This document shows positions 1-10,017 of a stretch of DNA of 64,000 bases, piece after piece. Position 1 is the first letter of the stretch. Every line of letters starts with the position of its first letter. The notes under the pieces were generated by a model that was not told the origin of the DNA, searched no databases, and saw only the letters and a program-made list of their open reading frames with translations. A program made the position numbers and the translations under genes. Origin of the DNA: Maricaulis sp. GTDB taxonomy: Bacteria; Pseudomonadota; Alphaproteobacteria; Caulobacterales; Maricaulaceae. Location: the NCBI RefSeq assembly GCF_030149515.1, contig NZ_JASBRI010000015.1, positions 15,477-79,476 of the forward strand, read 5' to 3'.

Positions 1-38
1 ACGTGGTTACCGACCTTTCACCAATCCGCGCTAGTGTC

Positions 39-1004
39 ATGCGACCGACTAGCCGAACGCACCGGAAACCCGTGTCTACAACCCGCCTTGCCATCGCCCT
101 CATGACTGCCAGCCTGGTTGCCGCCTGCACGTCCGGTCCGGACCGCTATCGCGACTATTCCGGCCCGACGGAAGGCTGGGCGCCGGCCACCCGGACGGGC
201 GGGTCCGGCGCGGCGGCGGCGCATATCGACACCGGGGCCCTGATCGCATCCTCGAACCGGCACCAGAAGGTGGGCAATCCCTATTCGGTGGGCGGGCGTA
301 CCTACCGGCCCCATCGCAATGACCGGTATGACGAGACCGGGATTGCGTCATGGTACGGGCCGAATTTCCATGGCCGGCCAACGGCCAATGGCGAGATCTT
401 CGACCAGCACTTGATGACCGCGGCGCACACGACCCTGCCGATTCCCTCGATCGCCGAAGTCACCAATCTGGAAAACGGGCGCAGCGTGATCGTGCGGATC
501 AACGATCGCGGCCCCTTTGTCGACAATCGCATTATCGATCTCAGCCGGGCGGCCGCCACGGAACTCGACTATATCGGGGCGGGCCTGGCCCGCGTGCGCG
601 TGCGTTATCTCGGTGCGGCCCATGCCGGCGGTGCGGCGCCGGCCCGGGCATGGCGGTCTCACACCGAACCGGCGGCTGCGCCGGTGCAGGTCGCACAGAA
701 CACGGCTGCGCCGGCTGCAGCGAACGATGCGGCCCATACACAGCCGGAGGCCGGCCGGGTGCCGGCACCGGGCGGACCGCTGACCCTGCAGATCGGGGCG
801 TTCAGCGATGCAGCCAATGCCGCGCGGTTCGCGGACCGGGTGGCGGGGGCAGGGGATGTCTGGGTCGAGCCTGGACAATCCGGTCATGGCCCGGTCTTCC
901 GGGTCTATTTCGGCCGCTGGACCGATCGCGGCAGCGCCGATGCCGCTCGCATGAACCTGGCCGACTGGGGCGTTTACGACGCCCGGATCGTCGCTCTCGA
1001 CTGA
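39..1004 (+). CDS. rlpA: Septal ring lytic transglycosylase RlpA family lipoprotein with C-terminal SPOR domain
   Basis: Lipobox LVAAC; DPBB motifs GIASWYG, TANGE, AAHTTLP, VRINDRGPF, IDLS; SPOR domain LQIGAFS. The ORF is open from 3; ATG 39 chosen. Confidence 0.92.
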   Translation: MRPTSRTHRKPVSTTRLAIALMTASLVAACTSGPDRYRDYSGPTEGWAPATRTGGSGAAAAHIDTGALIASSNRHQKVGNPYSVGGRTYRPHRNDRYDETGIASWYGPNFHGRPTANGEIFDQHLMTAAHTTLPIPSIAEVTNLENGRSVIVRINDRGPFVDNRIIDLSRAAATELDYIGAGLARVRVRYLGAAHAGGAAPARAWRSHTEPAAAPVQVAQNTAAPAAANDAAHTQPEAGRVPAPGGPLTLQIGAFSDAANAARFADRVAGAGDVWVEPGQSGHGPVFRVYFGRWTDRGSADAARMNLADWGVYDARIVALD

Positions 1005-1104
1005 TCCTCGGGCGTCCGCCATGCTGGACGCCATGCTCTTGCCGCGCTTGTATGCGGATCTCGCCGAACCCACCCGTTCCGATTCCGGCCAGGGAGCCAA
1101 TGTC

Positions 1105-2250
1105 GTGCGCTTCTTCCTTGCGATTTCCTGTCTGCTTGCTGCCGTCTGCCATAGTGCAGCCGGTGCCCAGACGGCCTACGAGACCGATGCCAGCCATTCC
1201 GTGATCATGGATTACGAGACCGGCGAAATCCTGTTCAGCCGCAATGGCGACGAGCCGATGCCGCCGGCCTCGATGTCGAAGATGATGACGGTGCTGATGA
1301 CGCTGGAGGCGATCGAATCGGGGTCGCTGTCTCTGGACGACGAATTGCCGGTCTCCGAGGACGCGTGGCGGCGGGGCGGGGCGGCCTCGGGCTCGTCGAC
1401 CATGTTTCTCGAGGTCAACAGCCGCGCCCGCGTCGAGGACCTGTTGCGCGGCGTCATCGTGCAGTCGGGCAATGATGCCTGCATCGTGCTGGCCGAAGCC
1501 ATCGCAGGCAGCGAAAGCGCATTCTCCGACATGATGACCGAGCGCGCGCACGAACTCGGCCTGGCCTCGGCGAATTTCACGAATTCCACCGGCTGGCCCG
1601 ATCCCGGCCACGTGATTTCTGCGGCAGATCTGGCCGAACTGGCGCGCATCCTCATTCGCGACCACCCCGAATTCTACGGCATCTGGGCCGAGCGTGAATT
1701 CACCTATAACGGTATCCGCCAGTCCAACCGCAATCCGCTTCTGGGCGTGTTTTCCGGCGCCGACGGTCTCAAGACCGGCCATACCGAGGACAGCGGCTAT
1801 GGCCTGGTCGGTTCGGCCGAACGCGACGGAGTTCGCCGGATCATCGTCTTCAACGGCCTGGACTCGAACGCGGCCCGCGCCGCAGAAGCGGAACGCATGA
1901 TGCGCGCGGCACTCAGCGATTACGATGTCTACAACCTTTTTGCGGCCGGTGACGACGTCGGCCACCGGGCCGAGGTCTTCATGGGCGAAGCCGGCAGTGT
2001 CGCCCTGCGGGTCGATACCGACATCACAGCCGGTCTTCATCGCCGCGCGCGCCGCGATCTCAGCGTGACAGTGAATTATGACGGTCCGGTCCCCGCTCCG
2101 ATTGCCGAGGGCGATGTCATCGGGACGCTGCGTGTGGAGGCGCCGGGCTATGAAGCGCGCGAATACCCGCTCCTGGCGTCGGAACCGGTCGCCAAGAAGG
2201 GGCTTATGGGCCGGATAGGCGCCGTAATTGCTCACATGCTCAGGGGCTAG
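1105..2250 (+). CDS. dacA: D-alanyl-D-alanine carboxypeptidase (PBP5/6 family)
   Basis: SxxK (SMSK), SxN (SGN) and KTG motifs. A signal peptide follows GTG 1105, with GGAG upstream; the ORF is open from 1021. Confidence 0.9.
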   Translation: MRFFLAISCLLAAVCHSAAGAQTAYETDASHSVIMDYETGEILFSRNGDEPMPPASMSKMMTVLMTLEAIESGSLSLDDELPVSEDAWRRGGAASGSSTMFLEVNSRARVEDLLRGVIVQSGNDACIVLAEAIAGSESAFSDMMTERAHELGLASANFTNSTGWPDPGHVISAADLAELARILIRDHPEFYGIWAEREFTYNGIRQSNRNPLLGVFSGADGLKTGHTEDSGYGLVGSAERDGVRRIIVFNGLDSNAARAAEAERMMRAALSDYDVYNLFAAGDDVGHRAEVFMGEAGSVALRVDTDITAGLHRRARRDLSVTVNYDGPVPAPIAEGDVIGTLRVEAPGYEAREYPLLASEPVAKKGLMGRIGAVIAHMLRG

Positions 2251-2256
2251 GCGTCA

Positions 2257-2889
2257 GTGCGGGGCCGTTTCATCACACTCGAAGGCGGCGAGGGCGCCGG
2301 CAAGTCGACGCTGGTCAAGGCGCTGGAATCCTGGCTTGCCGAGCGCGGCCGCGACGTCGTCGTGACCCGCGAACCCGGCGGCACACCCGGCGCGGAGCTG
2401 CTGCGCGATATCCTCCTCACCGGCGCAACCGACCGCTGGTCGCCGGTGACCGAAGCACTGCTGATGTACGCGGCCCGCGTGGATCATGTCGAACGCCTGA
2501 TCCAGCCCGCCCTTGAGCGCGGCGCCTTCGTGATCTGCGACCGGTTCGCCGATTCGACACTCGCCTACCAGGGCACGGCGGGCGGCGTGCCGGCCGAGCG
2601 GATTCGCCAGATTCATGCGGCATCGCTGGGCGGTTTCCATCCGGACCTGACCCTTGTTCTCGACATCGATCCGCGTATCGGCATGCAGCGCACCCTGGAC
2701 CGCGGCGAGAGTGCAACGCGTTTCGAACGTCTGGGTCTGGATTTTCACAACAGGTTGCGCCGGGCCTTTCTGGACATTGCCGCTGCGGACCCGGAGCGCT
2801 GTGTCGTGATCGATGCCGGTCAATCGCCTGAAAATGTTGCGGGATCGGCCATTTCGGCGCTTGAAGCCAGGCTTGGCCAGATCGCATGA
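2257..2889 (+). CDS. tmk: Thymidylate kinase
   Basis: FITLEGGEGAGKST P-loop, TREPGG, CDRF, AYQG. Confidence 0.97.
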   Translation: MRGRFITLEGGEGAGKSTLVKALESWLAERGRDVVVTREPGGTPGAELLRDILLTGATDRWSPVTEALLMYAARVDHVERLIQPALERGAFVICDRFADSTLAYQGTAGGVPAERIRQIHAASLGGFHPDLTLVLDIDPRIGMQRTLDRGESATRFERLGLDFHNRLRRAFLDIAAADPERCVVIDAGQSPENVAGSAISALEARLGQIA

Positions 2890-3929
2890 GCAGCGATCCC
2901 GACACCGGTTCTGACGTGCAGCCCGGCTGTCTTCCGCCGCGCGAGCGCTATGACCTGTTCGGGCATCACGCAGCCGAAACCGAATTCGCCCGGGCCTGGC
3001 AATCGGGGCGCCTGCACCACGCCTGGATGATCACCGGCCCGCGCGGTGTCGGAAAGGCCAGCTTCGCATGGCGGGCGGCACGCAGGGTTCTCGGGGCGGT
3101 GCCGATGGAGGAGAGCGGTCCGCTCGGCTCGAGCCCGCGCGATCCAGTCTGCCAACTGCTGGAAGCCCAGGCCTGCCCCGACCTGCTGTTGCTGCGACGC
3201 CCCTGGGACGACAAGCGCAAGCGCTGGCGCGGCGAGATCACGGTCGAGGAAGCGCGCCGTGCGCCGCATTTTTTCGAGAAGAGCTCCGGATCCAAGGGCG
3301 GCTGGCGCGTCTGTATCGTCGACAGTGCCGACGACATGAATACCAATGCCGCCAATGCCATCCTGAAAACCCTCGAAGAACCGCCACAGCGGGGCGTTCT
3401 CTTCCTCGTGACGCACACGCCGGGGCGCCTGCCCGCAACGATCAGGTCGCGCTGCCGCCGTCTGGATCTTCGCCCGCCGTCCATCGAGGCGACCGCACAG
3501 TGGCTGGCAGGCGCCAGCGAAGCTGGCGCCGCCGATGCGCACGCCGCAGCACGACTGGCTGCCGGCGCTCCGGGCCGTGCACTGGCACTGCATGTCTCCG
3601 GCGGTGTCGAACTGGCCCGCGAGGTCGAGGTGTTTGTCACCAAGGGCGTGTCGGCCGGTGAACAGGACATGCGCAAACTGGCTGAACGGGTCAGCGCCAA
3701 GGGCGTGGATGAGCTCCGCGGCCTGTTCTTCGAAGCGCTGTCGGCCGCCTTGCGCCAGCAGGCTCGTGAGCGTGCCCGGGCAAATGACGACGTCGCTGCC
3801 TGGCTGGATGCATGGCGCGAACTCAACGCGCTTGTCCGCGACACCAACGCGCTTTATCTGGACCCCAAACAAAGCGCGCTGGCGGCGCTGACCCTGGCCC
3901 GCGACGCTGCGCGCAAGCAAACCGTCTGA
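2886..3929 (+). CDS. holB: DNA polymerase III subunit delta'
   Basis: GRLHHAW, GPRGVGK, AANAILKTLEEPP, TIRSRC; ATGA overlap with tmk. Confidence 0.93.
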   Translation: MSSDPDTGSDVQPGCLPPRERYDLFGHHAAETEFARAWQSGRLHHAWMITGPRGVGKASFAWRAARRVLGAVPMEESGPLGSSPRDPVCQLLEAQACPDLLLLRRPWDDKRKRWRGEITVEEARRAPHFFEKSSGSKGGWRVCIVDSADDMNTNAANAILKTLEEPPQRGVLFLVTHTPGRLPATIRSRCRRLDLRPPSIEATAQWLAGASEAGAADAHAAARLAAGAPGRALALHVSGGVELAREVEVFVTKGVSAGEQDMRKLAERVSAKGVDELRGLFFEALSAALRQQARERARANDDVAAWLDAWRELNALVRDTNALYLDPKQSALAALTLARDAARKQTV

Positions 3930-3938
3930 TATCCGCCC

Positions 3939-4721
3939 ATGCTCATCGACAGTCATGTCAATCTTCACGGCGATCAATTCGCCGAGGATCTCGATGCGGT
4001 CATCGACCGCGCCCGCGAAGCCGGCGTTGTCCGCATGATCACGATCTGCTGCCGGCTGAGCGACTTTCCAGCCGTGTCCGCTATCGCCGAGGCGCATGAC
4101 GACATCTACTGCACGATCGGGGCCCATCCGCACCACGCCAAGGACCGGCCGGATATCGCCGCGGGCGAACTTGTCGAGATCGCCCGGCATCCCAAGGTCG
4201 TCGGCATCGGCGAGACCGGTCTGGACTTCCATTACGGCTATTCCCCGCGCGAGGATCAGTTCGCCAGCCTGAAAGCGCATATCGAAGCCGCCCGGACGAC
4301 AGACCTCCCATTGATCCTGCATACCCGCGAGGCGGATGACGCGATGGCAGGCCTTCTGGAAGAGGAAATGGGGAAGGGGGCATTTCGCCCGCTACTGCAT
4401 TGTTACACAGGCGGAGCGGTTCTGGCGCAGCGTGCGGCCCGGCTCGGCGCCTATTTTGCCGCGTCCGGCATTGTCACCTTTAAGAAGGCCGAGGATGTCC
4501 GGGCGGTGTTCCGCGAACACGTGCCTGACGACCGGGTGATTGTGGAGACCGACTGTCCCTATCTTGCGCCGGTTCCGCATCGCGGCAAGCGCTGTGAACC
4601 TGCCTTCCTCCCCGATGTCGCACGCGGTCTTGCCGCCGTTAAAGGCTGGAGCGAGGCGGAGTGCGCCGAGCGCACAACATCGGCTTTCTTCAACCTGTTC
4701 GACCGGGTTCCCCGGCCGTGA
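3939..4721 (+). CDS. tatD: TatD family hydrolase (YcfH-like)
   Basis: DSHVNL, GAHPH, IGETGLD, LHTRE, LHCY, ETDCPYLAP. Confidence 0.93.
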   Translation: MLIDSHVNLHGDQFAEDLDAVIDRAREAGVVRMITICCRLSDFPAVSAIAEAHDDIYCTIGAHPHHAKDRPDIAAGELVEIARHPKVVGIGETGLDFHYGYSPREDQFASLKAHIEAARTTDLPLILHTREADDAMAGLLEEEMGKGAFRPLLHCYTGGAVLAQRAARLGAYFAASGIVTFKKAEDVRAVFREHVPDDRVIVETDCPYLAPVPHRGKRCEPAFLPDVARGLAAVKGWSEAECAERTTSAFFNLFDRVPRP

Positions 4722-5578
4722 CCGGTCTTGTGCGCATAACGCTTCTGGGCACAGGATCGTCAGGCGGTGTGCCACGGGCCAATGGCGACTGGGGGCTGTG
4801 CAACCCTCTCAATCCGCGCAATCGCCGCCGGCGCTGTTCGGCCCTCATCGAGCGTGCCGAGACACGAACCGCCCTGGATGGGGGCAAGGCGGTGACCCGC
4901 GTCGTCATCGACACATCACCCGATTTCCGCGAGCAGATGCTCTCGGCCCGGGTACGCCGGATCGATGGCGTGCTGTTCACCCATGATCATGCCGACCAGA
5001 CCCACGGTATCGATGACCTGCGTGCCTTCGCCTATCTCCAGCGCCAGCGGATCCCGGTCTGGATGGACGAGGCGACCCGCAAAACCCTCCTGGAGCGCTT
5101 TGGCTATACGTTCGAAACGCCGCCGGGTTCGAGTTACCCGGCGATCCTGGACCAGCGTGCCATGCCGGCGTGCGGAACGCCTGTGACCGTCGACGGGCCT
5201 GGCGGACAGGTCGATATCGTGCCGTTCGAACAGGAGCATGGCCGCATTCGCTCCCTCGGTTTCCGCGTCGGTGCTGTGGCCTATTCGCCGGACATCAACA
5301 TCTTGCCCGAAGCGTCCGAACTGCACCTTCATGGCATAGCCTGCTGGGTCGTCGACGCCTTGCGCCGAGAACCGCATCCCACGCATTTCACGGTCGAGGA
5401 AGCGCTGGCCGCGATCCGCCGTGTCGGGGCGAAGCAGGGAGTCCTGACCAACCTGCACAACACACTGGACTATGACGAGCTGGTCGACACGCTCCCGGCC
5501 CATGTCTGGCCCGGCTATGACGGCATGCGGCTGGTATGGGACGGCGAGAGCGTCCAGTTCGACGACATTACCGGGTAG
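4718..5578 (+). CDS. MBL-fold metallo-hydrolase (PhnP/lipoyltransferase-associated family)
   Basis: LLGTGSSGGVP, DTSPDFREQ, THDHADQTHGIDDLR; GTGA overlap with tatD. Confidence 0.9.
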   Translation: MTGLVRITLLGTGSSGGVPRANGDWGLCNPLNPRNRRRRCSALIERAETRTALDGGKAVTRVVIDTSPDFREQMLSARVRRIDGVLFTHDHADQTHGIDDLRAFAYLQRQRIPVWMDEATRKTLLERFGYTFETPPGSSYPAILDQRAMPACGTPVTVDGPGGQVDIVPFEQEHGRIRSLGFRVGAVAYSPDINILPEASELHLHGIACWVVDALRREPHPTHFTVEEALAAIRRVGAKQGVLTNLHNTLDYDELVDTLPAHVWPGYDGMRLVWDGESVQFDDITG

Positions 5579-5584
5579 GGCCGC

Positions 5585-6043
5585 TCAACCGCCATGGCGA
5601 GCGAAGACATCGTGACCGCCTGATCCAAAGGCATAGACGTCATAAGCCTCACTATAGCCCGGAACTTCCATGCCCGGAGATCCGGCCGGCATGCCGGGAA
5701 CGGCTATACCTGCTATCGCCGGACGTTCGGACAGCATGCGCTCAATGTCGATGGCTGGAACATGTCCTTCGACCAGGTAGTCGCCGATCCGTGCCGTGTG
5801 GCAGGACCACAATTCCTGAGGCACGCCCAATTCCCGCTTGGCCACGGTAATATCCGGCAGGTTCTGGACTGCGACCCTGAACCCGTGCGCCTCGACATGT
5901 TCGATCCAGGCCCCGCAACAGCCGCAGGTCGGCGACTTGTAGACCATCATGACGGGATAGCCGTCATCGGCGGCAAGCGGCACGGTTGCGGCAAGGGCTG
6001 CCGTACTGCCCAGAATCAGCGAGCGTCGGGTTATCAGGGCCAT
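5585..6043 (-). CDS. DUF411 / CopG-like periplasmic metal-binding protein with Tat signal
   Basis: TRRSLILG twin-arginine signal; YKSPTCGCC, SCHTA, EGHVP, PGMPAGSPGME. Confidence 0.88.
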   Translation of the reverse strand: MALITRRSLILGSTAALAATVPLAADDGYPVMMVYKSPTCGCCGAWIEHVEAHGFRVAVQNLPDITVAKRELGVPQELWSCHTARIGDYLVEGHVPAIDIERMLSERPAIAGIAVPGMPAGSPGMEVPGYSEAYDVYAFGSGGHDVFARHGG

Positions 6044-6345
6044 GATCAGGACGGTTCCAGCGGATATGGTCGTTGAGGACCTTTTTATCGGTCTCGCCGC
6101 GAAGCGGTCAATCACGCCCGGGACTCAACGCCTTCCAGCTGGCCCTGCAGCTCGCCAATGCACTTGCCCAAATTCCGCAGATACCACCGATTTCGCAACC
6201 TCGGTTGTTTTGGGAAGGCCCGGCGGCGAGCTTCACGAGCGGCCAGGCCCTGGTAACGGATGGCGGCTGGCCAGAAAGCTGGACGGTACGGCGGCATTTT
6301 GCCCGGCCATATATGCGCGGATCGCCCTGGTTAGCGCCACCCCAC

Positions 6346-6373
6346 GCTTCTCATAATATTCATTATGCGCATC
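6346..6373 (-). other. dif: dif-like XerCD chromosome dimer resolution site
   Basis: Minus strand reads GATGCGCATAA-TGAATA-TTATGAGAAGC, an 11-6-11 layout. The left arm matches E. coli XerC arm GGTGCGCATAA at 10/11. The site is intergenic and KOPS octamers converge on it. Confidence 0.8.
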
Positions 6374-6608
6374 ATGGCTGCAAGTGGGCGACACTCTTCG
6401 GGCGTCGCGCCCCGCCGCAATCGCTCCAATTTTTCCATACTTATAATCATTTGCTACAGCCTGCTTAAGCGCAACACGAATCGCCGCCCTCGTTCGCGCG
6501 GTACGAGAAGCTGTGCTTTTCCTGCTGCTTCAAGTATCGCGCGTCGCACAAATAGTCTTCGCGCGTTAGCATGCCGATGATTCCCGCCGCCGATACTCCG
6601 GAGCGCCC

Positions 6609-7430
6609 ATGACCGCTCAGCCAGAAGATCTTGCGCCCATCGCCCGTCTGCTCGCGATCATGGCGAAGCTGCGCGATCCCGACGGCGGCTGCCCGTGGGA
6701 TCTGGAACAGGACTTCAAGTCGGTCGCGCCGTACACGATCGAGGAAGCCTACGAGGTCGCCGACGCTATCGAGCGCGGGCGCTATGCCGAGCTGAAGGAC
6801 GAACTCGGCGATCTCCTGCTCCAGGTCGTGTTCCATGCGCAGATGGCGTCAGAAGCCGGGCTGTTCGGCTTTGACGATGTCTGCAGCGCCATCAATGACA
6901 AGATGATCCGGCGGCACCCGCATGTGTTCGGCGATGCGGCCACCCGCGACAGCGATACCCAGACTGCCGAATGGGAAGCCATCAAGGCGTCCGAGCGCAA
7001 ATCGTCCAACAAGGGCGACGGGGTCCTGGATGACCTGCCCGTCGCCCTGCCCGCCCTGAAGCGCGCACAGAAGCTGCAAAAACGCGCGGCGCGCGTCGGA
7101 TTCGACTGGCCGGATGCGGAGCGCGTGCTTGAGAAAGTCGATGAGGAGATCGGCGAGGTTCGGGAGGCGATTGCCAGCGGCAACAGTAGTCACATCGCCG
7201 AAGAAATCGGCGATTTAATGTTTGTTTGCACGAATTTGGGACGAAAATTGAAAGTTGATGTTGAGGCCGCGACACGCAGCGCCAACGCCAAGTTCGAGCG
7301 TCGTTTCCGGCATATCGAAGCCGTGTTGCAGGCCCAGGGCCGTCGGCCGGAAGACGCCAGCCTCGACGAGATGGAAGCCCTGTGGGTCGAAGCCAAGAAC
7401 CGCGAAAAGGCCAAGGCCGCGACGGCCTAG
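6609..7430 (+). CDS. mazG: Nucleoside triphosphate pyrophosphohydrolase MazG
   Basis: LRDPDGGCPWD, EEAYEV, ELGDLLLQVVFH, RRHPHVF, EEIGD. Confidence 0.96.
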   Translation: MTAQPEDLAPIARLLAIMAKLRDPDGGCPWDLEQDFKSVAPYTIEEAYEVADAIERGRYAELKDELGDLLLQVVFHAQMASEAGLFGFDDVCSAINDKMIRRHPHVFGDAATRDSDTQTAEWEAIKASERKSSNKGDGVLDDLPVALPALKRAQKLQKRAARVGFDWPDAERVLEKVDEEIGEVREAIASGNSSHIAEEIGDLMFVCTNLGRKLKVDVEAATRSANAKFERRFRHIEAVLQAQGRRPEDASLDEMEALWVEAKNREKAKAATA

Positions 7431-8779
7431 TACCCATCCTCCTCGTCCGGCTCTCCAATGCCCTGAGGGATAGCCAGGAGCGGGAAGAGCGACCGGAACC
7501 GTCCAGCTTCAGACGACGCGAGCCGGACCTGGACGGTCGTGGCGCCGGTATCCGAGTCCATGTCGCTGGCAAAGACTTCCCCATGCTCATGCAACCAGGC
7601 CAGCGCGCGGGACTCCGCCGGCGGCAACTTGACTGTCAGACGCTCATCCTCGCGCGCGAGCGCCTGTTCGATCGCCTCGACCAGACCGTCCAGCCCGGCC
7701 CCCGTGACAGCCGAAAGGGGAAGCTTCACCGGTTTGCCGGCCTTGAGATTGGCAATATCGGCGCGGAAGGCGAGGTCCTCAGCCGCATCGAGATCGAGCC
7801 GGTCCGACTTGTTCCACGCCTCGATCATCGGCTGGCTGTGTTGCGGGCCGGCTTCGATCGCATCCAGCACGGCCTCGACATCCCGGATCCGGCCTTCGAG
7901 GTCGGGATCGGATGCATCAATGACGTGGACCAGCAGATCGGCTTCGCGCACTTCTTCCAGCGTCGCACGGAATGCGGCGATCAGCTCGGTCGGCAAGTCC
8001 GTGATAAAGCCCACCGTATCGGAGAGCAGGAGTTTGGTTCCGCGCGGCAGGTCGAGTGCCCGTACTGTGGGGTCGAGAGTAGCGAAGGGCATGTCCTGGG
8101 CGAATACCCCTGCCCCGGTCAGCCGATTGAACAGGGTCGACTTGCCGGCATTGGTATAGCCCACCAGCGCCACGGTCGGAAACGGCACGTCCTGGCGCTG
8201 GGCCCGGTGCAGGGCGCGCGTGCGCCGGACTTCGTCCAGCTGACGGCGTAGTTTGGCCATTTTTTCGTTCAGCAGCCGGCGGTCGGTCTCGATCTGGGTT
8301 TCGCCCGGCCCGGCCAGGAAGCCGCGTCCACCGCGCTGGCGTTCCAGGTGGGTCCAGGTCCGGACCAGTCGCGAGCGTTCATAGGCCAACCGGGCAAGCT
8401 CGACCTGAAGGACGCCTTCCTTGGTACGCGCGCGCTGACCGAAGATTTCCAGGATCAGACCTGTACGGTCGACCACCTTCACGTTCCAGGCATTTTCCAG
8501 ATTGCGCTGCTGGATGGGCGACAGGGCCGTGTCGATCACCGCCACGTCGGCACCGCCCTCGGCGATCCGGGTCTTCAGCTCGTCCAGCTTGCCACGGCCG
8601 AAATAACGTCCCGCATCGATCTTGCGGATCGGTGTGATGAAGGCCTCGGCCAATTCGAGATCCAGCGCCTCGGCCAGGCCGGCCGCTTCTTCCAGACGCG
8701 CATCGGCCCGGTCCAGACCCTCACGGCTGGCCGGATGAATGACAATGGCGCGTGATACTGGCGCCTCGCGCTCGATCAA
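7427..8779 (-). CDS. hflX: Ribosome-splitting GTPase HflX
   Basis: [37 protein letters not shown]; TTG start overlaps the hfq stop. Confidence 0.96.
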   Translation of the reverse strand: MIEREAPVSRAIVIHPASREGLDRADARLEEAAGLAEALDLELAEAFITPIRKIDAGRYFGRGKLDELKTRIAEGGADVAVIDTALSPIQQRNLENAWNVKVVDRTGLILEIFGQRARTKEGVLQVELARLAYERSRLVRTWTHLERQRGGRGFLAGPGETQIETDRRLLNEKMAKLRRQLDEVRRTRALHRAQRQDVPFPTVALVGYTNAGKSTLFNRLTGAGVFAQDMPFATLDPTVRALDLPRGTKLLLSDTVGFITDLPTELIAAFRATLEEVREADLLVHVIDASDPDLEGRIRDVEAVLDAIEAGPQHSQPMIEAWNKSDRLDLDAAEDLAFRADIANLKAGKPVKLPLSAVTGAGLDGLVEAIEQALAREDERLTVKLPPAESRALAWLHEHGEVFASDMDSDTGATTVQVRLASSEAGRFRSLFPLLAIPQGIGEPDEEDGY

Positions 8780-9057
8780 TCCACAGCGCTCTCGGTGACT
8801 GTGTCTTCGTCGGCCTCGTCAGCCTTCTCATTGTCGAACAACTGCACCGGCGCAGCGGGCATAATGGTCGAAATGGCATGCTTGTAGACGAGCTGCGACA
8901 ACCCGTCCCGGCGGAGAAGAACACAGAAGTTATCGAACCAGGTCACGACGCCCTGGAGCTTCACTCCATTGACCAGGAAAATGGTCAGGGGCGTTTTCGT
9001 TTTACGCACCGAATTCAGGAAAACGTCCTGCAGATTTTGTTTTTTGTCGTGCGACAT
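8776..9057 (-). CDS. hfq: RNA chaperone Hfq
   Basis: [32 protein letters not shown]; acidic C-terminal tail; GGAG upstream of ATG 9057. Confidence 0.97.
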   Translation of the reverse strand: MSHDKKQNLQDVFLNSVRKTKTPLTIFLVNGVKLQGVVTWFDNFCVLLRRDGLSQLVYKHAISTIMPAAPVQLFDNEKADEADEDTVTESAVD

Positions 9058-9161
9058 GTTGGCTCCACGTGCGTCGCTTGCAAAGCGATTCGCCAATTAG
9101 GGTATACAGGCCTTGCTGTGCCCTGCAACCATCTCATTTTGTGTGGAAAGCGCCGCTGTAT

Positions 9162-10010
9162 TCAAGCGGTCTCAAGATAGGCCTGACGCAGTGCGGTTGC
9201 GATGGAGCCAGGACGGCCATTCCCGATTGTGCGGCCGTCAATCTCAACCACCGGGGTCACAAAGGAAGTCGCCGAGGTCACGAATGCCTCGCGGGCTGCT
9301 TGCGCTTCCTTGATGGTAAAGGCGCGCTCTTCCAGCCCGAACCCGGCCTCCGCCGCGACACGCATGAGCGTCGCCCGCGTTATCCCGTGAAGGATCGCAT
9401 TGTCGGCCGGCCGGGTCACCAGCTTCCCGTCCGCCGTGACAATCCAGGCGTTGGTGGAGGAACCTTCGGTGACATGCCCGCTGCTATCGACCTGCCACGC
9501 TTCGAAGGCACCGCTCTCGCGCGCCTCCTGCTTGGCCAGGACGTTGGGCAGCAGGTTCACAGTCTTGATATCGCAGCGGGACCAGCGGCGGTCGGGAACC
9601 GAAATCACGGCAATACCGGTCTCAGCCCGCTTGGCGGCAGCGGACAGATCCACCCGTTTGGCCGTGACCACGAGCGTGGGAGGCGTGCTTTCCGGAGGGA
9701 AAGGATGGTCCCGCCGCGCCTGGCCCCGCGTCACCTGGAGATAGACCAGCCCGTCGCGCACGCGATTCCGGCGGATCAGTTCGCGGATAATCAGTCCCAG
9801 GGCCCGCCGTGATCTGGGCGCCGCAATCCGCAGCTCAGCCAGGGAGCGATCGAGCCTGTCGAAATGTCCATCCGCGTCCAGGAGCCGACTGCGCCGAACG
9901 CTCCACACCTCATACACACCATCGCCGAACTGGAAGCCTCTGTCCTCGATGTGGACCACGGCTTGAGCGTGAAGACAAAAGCGTCCGTTGACATAAGCTA
10001 TACGGGTCAC
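9162..10010 (-). CDS. dat: D-amino-acid transaminase (PLP fold IV)
   Basis: EDRGFQFGDGVYEV, DIKTVNLLPN, EGSSTN, ILHGITR. Confidence 0.92.
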   Translation of the reverse strand: MTRIAYVNGRFCLHAQAVVHIEDRGFQFGDGVYEVWSVRRSRLLDADGHFDRLDRSLAELRIAAPRSRRALGLIIRELIRRNRVRDGLVYLQVTRGQARRDHPFPPESTPPTLVVTAKRVDLSAAAKRAETGIAVISVPDRRWSRCDIKTVNLLPNVLAKQEARESGAFEAWQVDSSGHVTEGSSTNAWIVTADGKLVTRPADNAILHGITRATLMRVAAEAGFGLEERAFTIKEAQAAREAFVTSATSFVTPVVEIDGRTIGNGRPGSIATALRQAYLETA

Positions 10011-10017
10011 GGCGAAG

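Noticed and set aside
3929-3939. No metG between holB and tatD; likewise no DUF177 before plsX
   Set aside because: Simple lineage-level rearrangement. Gene loss cannot be judged from one window.
6430-6457. Possible second dif-like site (TTTTTCCATAC TTATAA TCATTTGCTAC)
   Set aside because: The XerC-side arm does not match. It is more likely AT-rich promoter DNA upstream of mazG.
6609-7430. mazG as an anti-phage or abortive infection gene
   Set aside because: It is the canonical two-domain housekeeping MazG in its usual hflX-adjacent position, with no defence neighbours.
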